Source: a virus. From it: DNA of 64,000 nt. Shown piece after piece: positions 19,930-28,052 of the stretch (its first letter is position 1; each line of letters starts with the position of its first letter). The DNA lies in IMG/VR virus record IMGVR_UViG_3300024350_000006. One strand, written 5' to 3'. Below the pieces are notes generated by a model that had not been told where the DNA came from, ran no database searches, and was given only the letters and a program-made list of their open reading frames with translations. Both the position numbers and the translations under genes were made by a program.

Positions 19930-20079
19930 TCATCTACCCTGTCCACGATAGACTTTATGACTTCTACGATAGCTTTTATTCATTGAACTTGTTTTGGGAT
20001 TGAGACCACCGGAATTGGTACGTTTTTTTACGTGATCAATTGAGGGTTTATTGGAACTACCACCTTTAGCTTTTGCCAT
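19930..20079 (-). CDS. 49-aa basic protein MAKAKGG...KTSSMNKSYRRSHKVYRGQGR (not in ORF track)
   Basis: AAGGAGG SD upstream; K/R-rich. Confidence 0.65.
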   Translation of the reverse strand: MAKAKGGSSNKPSIDHVKKRTNSGGLNPKTSSMNKSYRRSHKVYRGQGR

Positions 20080-20231
20080 ACAGCCTCCTTGAAAGTTTCA
20101 ATTTTATTTATTCTTGTTTTAAAACTCACTAAATACCACTACTAAAGTTTATGTATCAAACCACTTAACTTATTACATTTAATACTGTAGACTACAGTTT
20201 ATTCAATTACATTTTTTTCAACGGAGATAAT

Positions 20232-21485
20232 ATGAACATCAAGAGGCAAAAACTGGGATTCATCGGCATCGGAAAACTGGGCTTGGACTGTGCTGAGGTT
20301 ATGGCCACCAAACACGACGTTTGGGGATACGATATCTATCCCAGAACCAGTGACACAGTAAACGTCTGTGGCATTCAAGAACTTGTAGAGAACAGCGACT
20401 GGATTTTCATAGCAGTTCCTACACCACACGCCCAGGGATATGACGGCAGTGTACCCAGCAGCCATATGGAACCCCGAGACTTTGGTCACGATGCAGTCTA
20501 TGATGCTATTGATAACATCAATAAGTATGCCAGCACTAGCAAGAAGGTGGTTCTAATAAGCACAGTATTACCAGGCACCACACGCAAAAACTTTATTACT
20601 AGACTAGATCCCAAACACCAATTCCTATATAACCCCTACCTTATTGCTATGGGTAGCGTAAAGTGGGATATGGTCAATCCAGAAATGATTATGATTGGCA
20701 CCGAGGATGGTAGTTTGACTGGTGTGGCTGGAGAACTTCGAGAACTCTACGATACAGTTATGGAAAATAATCCACGTTACGAGATTGGTACCTGGGACGA
20801 GTGTGAAGCAATTAAAATTTTCTATAATACCTTTATTAGTGCAAAAGTTGGTTTAGTCAATATGATTCAGGATTTCGCTCTACGCATTGGTAATATAAAT
20901 GTCGACGTAGTAACTAATGCCCTATCCAAATCCACTATGCGTATTATGGGACCTAAGTATATGACTGCGGGTATGGGGGATGCCGGAGCCTGTCACCCAC
21001 GTGATAACATTGCACTACGCTGGCTGGCAAAAGAATATGACATTGGCTACGATTTGTTTGACACTGTTATGCACGCCAGAGAAATTCAGGCTAAAAATCT
21101 TGCAAAATTTTTAGTAGATACAAGCAAACAAAATGGCGAATTACCCATTGTAATACACGGTAAAGCCTACAAGCCAGATGTAGAATATTGTATTGGTAGT
21201 TACAGTACGCTCGTGGGTTTTTATGTTAAAGAACTAGGATACAATGTAGTCTATGTTGATCCACTAGCAGACGATCCCAGTGAAGTGGTTAATAATGTAG
21301 ATCAGGCCAGCGTATTTCTCTGGGCACATAATAGGCGTATTACCTACGAATACACTGGTGAACAGGAAGATACGAAACCCTATTGTAACATACTGCCTGG
21401 AAGTATAATTGTTGATCCCTGGCGTAAGTTAACTAGCACTGATAGTGTAAGGGTTATACACTACGGTAACACTAGAAAAGTTTAA
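20232..21485 (+). CDS. ugd: UDP-glucose/GDP-mannose dehydrogenase family
   Basis: GIGKLG, IAVPTP, STVLPGTT, IKIFYNTF, GACHPRD, AYKPD. Confidence 0.85.
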   Translation: MNIKRQKLGFIGIGKLGLDCAEVMATKHDVWGYDIYPRTSDTVNVCGIQELVENSDWIFIAVPTPHAQGYDGSVPSSHMEPRDFGHDAVYDAIDNINKYASTSKKVVLISTVLPGTTRKNFITRLDPKHQFLYNPYLIAMGSVKWDMVNPEMIMIGTEDGSLTGVAGELRELYDTVMENNPRYEIGTWDECEAIKIFYNTFISAKVGLVNMIQDFALRIGNINVDVVTNALSKSTMRIMGPKYMTAGMGDAGACHPRDNIALRWLAKEYDIGYDLFDTVMHAREIQAKNLAKFLVDTSKQNGELPIVIHGKAYKPDVEYCIGSYSTLVGFYVKELGYNVVYVDPLADDPSEVVNNVDQASVFLWAHNRRITYEYTGEQEDTKPYCNILPGSIIVDPWRKLTSTDSVRVIHYGNTRKV

Positions 21486-21560
21486 TCTGTCAAATAAAAG
21501 TTATTTGTTTGCCTGCACCTTTTTGGTGCAGGCTCGCTAAATATCTAAAACAATTTAAAA

Positions 21561-22280
21561 ATGACAGAATTTTCTCAGTTTAACGATATTATACTTAAAG
21601 CTTTTTGTTTAAATCCCTACAAACAAGAAATAATAGATAGAAAAACAGAAATTATAACCAAAGTTGCTGAACACTGGAGACAGCCTGTAAAGTCTATTCT
21701 GTTTATAGGATTTAACCCTGCTATTTTAAGTAAAAAGTTCCCCAAAATACTAGTTAGTCACATTAGTACTGAAGTTGGTCAATGGCTTATAGAACAAGGT
21801 GTAAATTTTGAGCTAGTAGATATGAACAATATACGTCCCGTGGACCTAGCAGTGGCATTGGACGAATTTCTTACCTTTGCTGAAGACGATGCGGATCAGC
21901 AAAAACTTATAAGTCAGATTAGCAAGACCGCCAAGACTGTTATTACAACAGTTAAAGACTATAAAAATCAAGAATTCAAGGATCGCGAATATAGTCAGCC
22001 GGCTATAGTACGAAACGAAGAAGAGGTTACAGCTTTCACTGAAATTCATATCTGGGACAAAACAGATAAGAATAATTGGCAGACCCGTGTCTACGAATTA
22101 AATAAGATTGATGCTGTTCATCACGGTACTTTTAAGCGTAGAGCTTTGTTTTTTAAGCAACTAGCTAAGTTTACCAAGGACGCTGGCGCTAAAAACTTTT
22201 TAGTACATAAAAACCTAATGTATAAGAGTTTAATCAAAAAGAATTACGAACACGTAATTAGTATTCGATATGAGGAATAA
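21561..22280 (+). CDS. Hypothetical protein
   Basis: 239-aa ORF after a TAAATA promoter. Confidence 0.6.
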   Translation: MTEFSQFNDIILKAFCLNPYKQEIIDRKTEIITKVAEHWRQPVKSILFIGFNPAILSKKFPKILVSHISTEVGQWLIEQGVNFELVDMNNIRPVDLAVALDEFLTFAEDDADQQKLISQISKTAKTVITTVKDYKNQEFKDREYSQPAIVRNEEEVTAFTEIHIWDKTDKNNWQTRVYELNKIDAVHHGTFKRRALFFKQLAKFTKDAGAKNFLVHKNLMYKSLIKKNYEHVISIRYEE

Positions 22281-23519
22281 ATGGAAATTGCCAATCACCT
22301 AGAATCAATCGTCTCGGGATTGGTGCAGGATATCCAATCTAGAGTAAGCCAAGATCTAGAGTCTAAAATCAATGCCGACATTGAACAACAAATCGCAGCT
22401 AAAATAGAACAATACTTTTTAACGTTTGATCTAAAGGCTGCCCTTACCAGCGTAACTGGAGATGCTATAAGCCAGAGAGTTAGTAAGTATCCCATAGATA
22501 CAAAACAAATAGAAGAACAAATTAAAAATAGTGTAAGCAATAGCGTTGAGCTAATCAAACAAGATATTGTCAACAGAATTCACGACATAATTAGTGTAGA
22601 GTTACAGAAATATAATATTTCAGAACTAGTTGAAACAAATGTTAAAGAATATGTTCGTAGAGCAAACTTTCCTGCAGGCAGTATTCCTGCCACCAGTATA
22701 GATTTTACTGAATTTAGAATAAGTGGTGACGCCATAGCGGGTGGAATCATATCTAACTTTAGCAGTCTAGGCATAGATGATAGAGCCACGGCTTGTCAAC
22801 TTACTATTTTAGATAATGCAGTTGTAGTAGAACAAAAAATAGTAACAACAGGACTAGATGTGCGTGGCGGTATCAAGACAGAATCACTAACTGTAAATGA
22901 TTTAAAAATCTCGGGAAATATTGATCAAGATAGCCCAGCACTAGCTAAAATAATAGAACAGGCCAAGTCTGATACTATCAATACTATAGCTAACAAAGGA
23001 CTGGAAACACCGCAGATAGTTTTTGATAACAAGATATTACTTAACGAACAATCTCTTGGTCCAAGTGTGCTAACCAGTCATCTTAGAAAAACAGGTACCT
23101 TGGAAAGTCTGCAAACCAAGGGTGAAACCCTACTAGACAATACTCTTTATGTACGTAACCGTCGTGTGGGAGTAAACACTCTTGAACCTGCCTATGCTTT
23201 AACTGTCTGGGATGATGAAACAGAAACTGTCATTATGAAGCAGAGTAAGAATAGATCTTTTATTGGTAGCCAGAGACAACATACTGTGACATTAGGTGCA
23301 GGTGGTCAGGAAAATATAAGTCTTGATCCAGACGGCAGCGTAACCATTAATGATCTACGTCTAGGCGCCCTACCACTGGGCACAGCCAGCACCAGCCCAA
23401 ACTGGGCAGGAAGAACTGGAGAAATAGTTTTCAATGACAGCCCTCAAATTGGCCAGCCTATAGGCTGGGTCTGCCTGCAAGGACATCGCTGGGCTCAATT
23501 TGGCACTATAACTGATTGA
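22281..23519 (+). CDS. Hypothetical, probably structural protein
   Basis: Helical N-terminus; fibre-like C-terminus (RVGVNTLEP, GEIVFN..P..GQPIGWVC). Confidence 0.6.
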   Translation: MEIANHLESIVSGLVQDIQSRVSQDLESKINADIEQQIAAKIEQYFLTFDLKAALTSVTGDAISQRVSKYPIDTKQIEEQIKNSVSNSVELIKQDIVNRIHDIISVELQKYNISELVETNVKEYVRRANFPAGSIPATSIDFTEFRISGDAIAGGIISNFSSLGIDDRATACQLTILDNAVVVEQKIVTTGLDVRGGIKTESLTVNDLKISGNIDQDSPALAKIIEQAKSDTINTIANKGLETPQIVFDNKILLNEQSLGPSVLTSHLRKTGTLESLQTKGETLLDNTLYVRNRRVGVNTLEPAYALTVWDDETETVIMKQSKNRSFIGSQRQHTVTLGAGGQENISLDPDGSVTINDLRLGALPLGTASTSPNWAGRTGEIVFNDSPQIGQPIGWVCLQGHRWAQFGTITD

Positions 23520-23549
23520 TTTTAATCTAGTCTACTGCTAGAATGCAGT

Positions 23550-23813
23550 ATGACCTTAATTCTAAGCCACAGACAATGGAATAAAATCTACCCAATCCTA
23601 ATCAAGGAATTAGGACCCTCGGGAGTTCTAAGTTGGAATCTCAAAAAAAATTTTGGATATACTGTTAGATATCATCGCGGCAAGGACATTCTATTGAACA
23701 AGTGGGTAGACGATATAAGATTAGATTTTTTCTCTGAATCGGCTATATCTATGTTCAGATTAAAATTTCTAGACATACTAAATGCCAATGAAAATTCTCG
23801 GGAGGTTATATGA
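23550..23813 (+). CDS. Hypothetical protein
   Basis: ORF after a sigma70-like promoter. Confidence 0.55.
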   Translation: MTLILSHRQWNKIYPILIKELGPSGVLSWNLKKNFGYTVRYHRGKDILLNKWVDDIRLDFFSESAISMFRLKFLDILNANENSREVI

Positions 23814-24145
23814 TTGAAATGCGCTGGTTAAAACGTAATACTGGTAGGGTTATCTACAACCAGTATGGTCTTGAAACATTAGAAACAACAACTGTACTTC
23901 AATATCGTGTGTATATTGATCACGCCACCTACGCCTTGCCTGCAGGCGTTCCAAGACCCAAAGGCCACGAGGATATGCGTTGGTCTCAATGGCAGGATGT
24001 TCCCACTGTGGATGAAACCAGTGCAAGAGCAACTGCATTAAACTCCTGTAGCAAATGCAATCTAGATTTCACACACAGTTACAATATGGGTTTTGTGTGT
24101 TCTAATAATCCCTGTCCCTCGGGACTGGGCTCTAGTGCCAGTTAA
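23810..24145 (+). CDS. Hypothetical protein with C-terminal Cys motif
   Basis: ATGA-coupled; CSKC...CSNNPC. Confidence 0.55.
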   Translation: MIEMRWLKRNTGRVIYNQYGLETLETTTVLQYRVYIDHATYALPAGVPRPKGHEDMRWSQWQDVPTVDETSARATALNSCSKCNLDFTHSYNMGFVCSNNPCPSGLGSSAS

Positions 24146-24215
24146 AATAGCGGTGACTACAATCGAGGCATTATGGACTGTTACGATAATATTAAAGAGC
24201 ATTTTGGAGATTTAA

Positions 24216-24449
24216 ATGAACGAACGATTTAAAGAACTTGCTGTACAATCTGATTTGTGGCGAATGCTAGAAGAATATTCTTGGGAATTCGGTAGTTGCG
24301 ATCCTGAAAAAGATTGTGGTCGTATTGAAAAATTCGCCGAGTTGATTGTGCGGGAATGTATTGAACAAGTTATTACTGGACCCAACGGACCTGCTCATTA
24401 TGCTGTGGAAGCGGCTTTACGATTAAAGAAACATTTCGGAGTAGAATGA
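24216..24449 (+). CDS. NER-FAELIVREC-HFGVE family protein, copy 1
   Basis: MNERFKELA...EKFAELIVREC...KKHFGVE. Confidence 0.75.
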   Translation: MNERFKELAVQSDLWRMLEEYSWEFGSCDPEKDCGRIEKFAELIVRECIEQVITGPNGPAHYAVEAALRLKKHFGVE

Positions 24450-24619
24450 TGAACGAAGAACTCAATGAAATACTCAACCAAGAAATAGTTAGAGAAACAC
24501 TATTAGAAGTCAATCCCAACACCGATGATGCTCTAGTGGAAAAGATATGGAGTCATTGTAATGGTAATCCTTGGAACGCTGTCCCTCTCTACAACATCCT
24601 AAAGGCTTTGGAAAAATGA
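24446..24619 (+). CDS. Array cargo micro-protein (57 aa)
   Basis: ATGA-coupled at both ends; MMNEELNEIL...ILKALEK. Confidence 0.6.
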   Translation: MMNEELNEILNQEIVRETLLEVNPNTDDALVEKIWSHCNGNPWNAVPLYNILKALEK

Positions 24620-24849
24620 ACGAACGATTTCGGGAACTTGCTAAAGAGGCTGGCGGAAACCCAAACTATAAGGCTTTTGGTGGACATTTTCTTCCCCCGC
24701 CGCCAGACTATATTGATCCTGCTACTGTGGACTTAGCAAAGTTCGCCGAGTTGATTGTGAGAGAATGTTGTGATGTTTTGTATGACAATGAACTGGGTGG
24801 GTATCAAGTAAACTATGTACTAAAAGAACATTTTGGAGTTGAAAAATGA
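24616..24849 (+). CDS. NER-FAELIVREC-HFGVE family protein, copy 2
   Basis: MNERFRELA...KFAELIVREC...KEHFGVEK. Confidence 0.75.
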   Translation: MNERFRELAKEAGGNPNYKAFGGHFLPPPPDYIDPATVDLAKFAELIVRECCDVLYDNELGGYQVNYVLKEHFGVEK

Positions 24850-25085
24850 AAGAAACTACTAGATACTTTCGCTCTACATTTGACAAAATGCGACAGCGTG
24901 GATGGACTGTTATTCCTTGGGAGCCGGGGCAATCCAATCAAGCACAAGTCTTAGACTGGCTACGATCAAACGGTGATGGTGAATTTTATTATTCAGCAGA
25001 AGCAAACAAATTTAACTTTAGTATCGTAATCAAAGATGCCAACGATGCTGATAGATTCAAACAACATTTTGGAGTTGAAGAATGA
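24846..25085 (+). CDS. Array cargo protein with the HFGVEE tail only
   Basis: Unrelated body ending KQHFGVEE. Confidence 0.65.
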   Translation: MKETTRYFRSTFDKMRQRGWTVIPWEPGQSNQAQVLDWLRSNGDGEFYYSAEANKFNFSIVIKDANDADRFKQHFGVEE

Positions 25086-25252
25086 GACTAATTGAAAAAC
25101 AAGTAAAGGCAAACCCCGATACCTTTGCACCTGAATTGGTGGTGACTGTTGCGCTCCCGGTCCAACTAGAAGATAAACCCAACGACATTAAAACCTATGA
25201 ACAATGGGGCAAAGAGTTTTTAGATTTAATTGGAGCAAAGGCCAAAGAATGA
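25082..25252 (+). CDS. Array cargo micro-protein (56 aa)
   Basis: ATGA-coupled; MRLIEKQ...GAKAKE. Confidence 0.6.
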   Translation: MRLIEKQVKANPDTFAPELVVTVALPVQLEDKPNDIKTYEQWGKEFLDLIGAKAKE

Positions 25253-25479
25253 ACGAACGAATTCAAGAACTTTGGAATAAGGCTGCTGACTCTACGGCCG
25301 CTTTCCCCAGTGGACAAAATAACTCTTGGGAAATTCAGGTTAATTTTATGGAAAAATTCGCCGAGTTAATTATATCCGAATGTATTGACATTATCGGTCC
25401 CTATGCTGTCAGGATGGACGACTTTGATGGCGGGCATCCTATTGCAGATTTAAAGAAACATTTTGGAGTAACCCAATGA
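25249..25479 (+). CDS. NER-FAELIVREC-HFGVE family protein, copy 3
   Basis: MNERIQEL...EKFAELIISEC...KKHFGVTQ. Confidence 0.75.
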   Translation: MNERIQELWNKAADSTAAFPSGQNNSWEIQVNFMEKFAELIISECIDIIGPYAVRMDDFDGGHPIADLKKHFGVTQ

Positions 25480-25655
25480 CACCAGAATTCATTGACCGAG
25501 TAAAACGAGACTATGATAACGAAGTAACCAAACCAGATTGGGAATCTTATCTTGCTGGATATTGGGCTGCGGTTAAACGCTTTGGTAATGCCCGTGATAG
25601 AAAAGAAACTAAATCAAAACTTGGATATTCACGAATTGGATTGAGGAATGTATGA
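25476..25655 (+). CDS. Array cargo micro-protein (59 aa)
   Basis: ATGA-coupled; MTPEFIDRV...GLRNV. Confidence 0.6.
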   Translation: MTPEFIDRVKRDYDNEVTKPDWESYLAGYWAAVKRFGNARDRKETKSKLGYSRIGLRNV

Positions 25656-25912
25656 ACAATGAACGACTTATAGTGCTTGCTAATGAGTGTACTTCATACA
25701 AAGAAGGGTTTATTGAAGGAAAACACGACATTGAGATTTTTGACAAAGAAAAGTTCGCCGAGTTGATTGTGAGAGAATGTATCGATGCTATTGATGCTGC
25801 CCGACCATATCATACAAACGATCATCTGGTAAATGATTATATGAATGGTGTTGAACACGGGCATAAGTTTGCTATTACTATGATTAGAAAACATTTCGGA
25901 GTTGAAGAATGA
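25652..25912 (+). CDS. NER-FAELIVREC-HFGVE family protein, copy 4
   Basis: MNNERL...EKFAELIVREC...RKHFGVEE. Confidence 0.75.
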   Translation: MNNERLIVLANECTSYKEGFIEGKHDIEIFDKEKFAELIVRECIDAIDAARPYHTNDHLVNDYMNGVEHGHKFAITMIRKHFGVEE

Positions 25913-26046
25913 GTAATTTATGGATCAACTGGAGATTTGGAACAAGACATTTACAGATCAGTCGTGACTTTCCCTATGTAAGTTTTAGAGTCAATCCATA
26001 TTGGGTTGAGCATAAACCCGCTAAATGGTTTGAGGTCTATAGATGA
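25909..26046 (+). CDS. Array cargo micro-protein (45 aa, aromatic-rich)
   Basis: ATGA-coupled; MSNLWINWRFG...WFEVYR. Confidence 0.6.
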   Translation: MSNLWINWRFGTRHLQISRDFPYVSFRVNPYWVEHKPAKWFEVYR

Positions 26047-26151
26047 ACAAACCAATTCAAGAGGCAGTCTACAAGTATTTTGGAATCATTTGACCCAAAG
26101 TATTGGTTGTGTTAGACTACATTATTATATAATTAAATCATAATCAAATAT

Positions 26152-27183
26152 ATGCCTGGACGAATAGGTTTTGCCTGTAAGTGGATTGATCATCCTCATC
26201 AAGTGGATGGTATCAAACCCAAGGACGAATGCAAAGAATATAATACAATGACTACCACTGTGGCCTGGCTTAATCGTCAGCGTCGTGAAGTGGCTGAACA
26301 AAAACTCTGGGACCTTATGGTCTACAATATTGAAGCTAATCGTAAACTAGTGGAAAGGGTGGGTGCTCTAGATGATCATCTCAAAATGGTACGTATTGGC
26401 AGCGACATTCTGCCCTGTTATACTGAGCCTAATTGGAGTTATTATTGGCGCCAAGGCGATGTTGTTCGTTACGCCGAGGATGCGTTTCGAAAGGTTGGTG
26501 ATCTTGCTAGGCATCACGGCGTTCGTCTTAGTATGCATCCAGGCCAGTTTACTGTGCTTGCAAGTGATAGACCAGATGTAGTAGAAAGGGCTATAGATGA
26601 ATTTGAATACCACAGCACAATGGCCGCTTGGATGGGCTATGGACAAAAATTCCAAGACTTTAAAATTAACATCCACATCAGTGGAAAGAAAGGCCCCCAG
26701 GGAATACGTGACGTCTACCCCAGACTATCGCCCGAGGCTAGGAATACAATTACCGTTGAAAATGAAGAAATAAGCTATGGACTTGATGACTGTCTTACTC
26801 TTTCTGATCTCGTGCCTACTGTTCTGGATCTTCATCACCATTGGATCAAAAGCGGTGGAGAATACATATCGCCCACCGATGCTAGGATACAGATGGTGGT
26901 GGACAGCTGGCGAGGTGTTAGGCCTGCTCTGCATTATAGTGTTAGCCGTGAAGATCTTCTCGTGGACTTTGACACAAATACTAAGCCTGATTTAAAGTTA
27001 CTTCTTGAACAAGGTCACAAACGACAAAAACTTAGAGCCCACAGTGACTTTATGTGGAATCAGGAAGTAAATGATTGGGCGTTGGGTCATCTTGTCTGGG
27101 CTGACTTTATGGTAGAAGCCAAAGCCAAAAATTTGGCCAGCTTTGAACTGGCCAAACGAGCTCAAACACTGGGTTTGGTCTAA
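26152..27183 (+). CDS. uvsE: UV-damage endonuclease UvsE/UVDE
   Basis: RIGFAC, RLSMHPGQFTVL, INIH, VENEE, VLDLHHH, HYS, AHSD, MVEAKAK. Confidence 0.9.
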   Translation: MPGRIGFACKWIDHPHQVDGIKPKDECKEYNTMTTTVAWLNRQRREVAEQKLWDLMVYNIEANRKLVERVGALDDHLKMVRIGSDILPCYTEPNWSYYWRQGDVVRYAEDAFRKVGDLARHHGVRLSMHPGQFTVLASDRPDVVERAIDEFEYHSTMAAWMGYGQKFQDFKINIHISGKKGPQGIRDVYPRLSPEARNTITVENEEISYGLDDCLTLSDLVPTVLDLHHHWIKSGGEYISPTDARIQMVVDSWRGVRPALHYSVSREDLLVDFDTNTKPDLKLLLEQGHKRQKLRAHSDFMWNQEVNDWALGHLVWADFMVEAKAKNLASFELAKRAQTLGLV

Positions 27184-27507
27184 TTACTTCTTGGGAGCCT
27201 TTTTAGGCTTGGCTTGAGTATTGGTTGGTTTGGTAGTTTTAGCTGGAGCCTTTTTAGGCTGCGCTGGCTTCTTAGGCTTCTTAGGCTTCTTAGCAGGTTC
27301 TTGTACTGTAGCAGCGACCTCAACAGTCTCGTGACCAATACCATCTACCTTGGTAGTAAGAACGGGTGGCTCTACTTTGTAGGGTACTTCATTTTGTTTA
27401 GTTGCGCCGTCAAGCGGATGATCACCAGATTCTTCATATTTACGATCGCGCCAGAGAAAATATCCCAATACTGCAACCACTACTGCTATTAAAATAATTA
27501 ATTCCAT
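27184..27507 (-). CDS. Small membrane-anchored protein with K/P-rich tail
   Basis: N-terminal TM; PAKKPKKPKK. Confidence 0.65.
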   Translation of the reverse strand: MELIILIAVVVAVLGYFLWRDRKYEESGDHPLDGATKQNEVPYKVEPPVLTTKVDGIGHETVEVAATVQEPAKKPKKPKKPAQPKKAPAKTTKPTNTQAKPKKAPKK

Positions 27508-27583
27508 TACTATCTCCTTGATTTTAGAATATATAATAGTATTTAACTTTTTTCCTAAGAGTAGAAAATTTTACCAAAAACAC

Positions 27584-27684
27584 TTGATTTTTGTTGCAAT
27601 GCACAATATAATGCTAAATAAAAGTAGCAGTGCCCGGGTGGGGCTGCAAAATTTAACTATCGCTTAACACTAAAGGATAAAGAT
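27584..27684 (+). promoter_or_regulatory. Sigma70 promoter with TGC-N3-GCA operator in the spacer and a ROSE-like 5' UTR
   Basis: TTGATT-N17-TATAAT enclosing TTGTTGCAATGCACAA; hairpin gcag-tgcccgggtgggg-ctgc; UAUCGCUU pairing with AAGGAUA. Confidence 0.6.
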
Positions 27685-27987
27685 ATGTTTAGTCTAGAAA
27701 ACGTAATTGATAATATTCAAACAACTAAAAAAACCATCGCTAAGACAGTGATTAACAATGAAGAAATGGCCAAGCTTGTAGACAGCTACATTGACAGCCA
27801 GACAGAATTTGCCAAAAGTTCTGCTAAGTTTGCTAACAGTCTAGGTCAGTTTGTGACACAGGAAAGTGTTAAACTAGCACAGGATGCTGCTAAGTTTGAC
27901 TACCTAGGTTACGCAGATCGTGTTCTAAGAACTCTTAATCAACCCTGGACCACAAACGCCACTACATCTACTGCCAAGAGCAAGTAA
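27685..27987 (+). CDS. Amphipathic helical protein, possibly phasin-like
   Basis: 100 aa, all-helical, A/K/Q-rich; PhaR-like operator upstream. Confidence 0.45.
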   Translation: MFSLENVIDNIQTTKKTIAKTVINNEEMAKLVDSYIDSQTEFAKSSAKFANSLGQFVTQESVKLAQDAAKFDYLGYADRVLRTLNQPWTTNATTSTAKSK

Positions 27988-28004
27988 TTTAGTTTGAAGT
28001 AACC

Positions 28005-28032
28005 AAGGCCCGAATAATTGTTCGGGCCTTTT
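28005..28032 (+). terminator. Rho-independent terminator
   Basis: aaggcccgaa...ttcgggcctttt. Confidence 0.75.
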
Positions 28033-28052
28033 CTTTCACTATAAATATTTTT

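Larger units (their letters stand above)
24146..26093 (+). repeat. Cassette-like micro-gene array built on three recurring DNA blocks (ATGAACGAACGA; AARTTCGCCGAGTTRATT...GAATGT; AACATTTYGGAGTWGAARAATGA)
   Basis: Blocks recur at 24216/24616/25249/25652, about 24330/24739/25353/25750 and about 24430/24827/25064/25457/25890. Confidence 0.85.

Noticed and set aside
20185-20197. LexA box (CTGT...ACAG)
   Set aside because: The spacer is 5 nt rather than 8, and it is not upstream of a repair gene.
24146-26093. CRISPR array or DGR interpretation of the recurring blocks
   Set aside because: Three different blocks, irregular spacing, all in coding frame; no cas or reverse transcriptase gene; variation is not adenine-specific.
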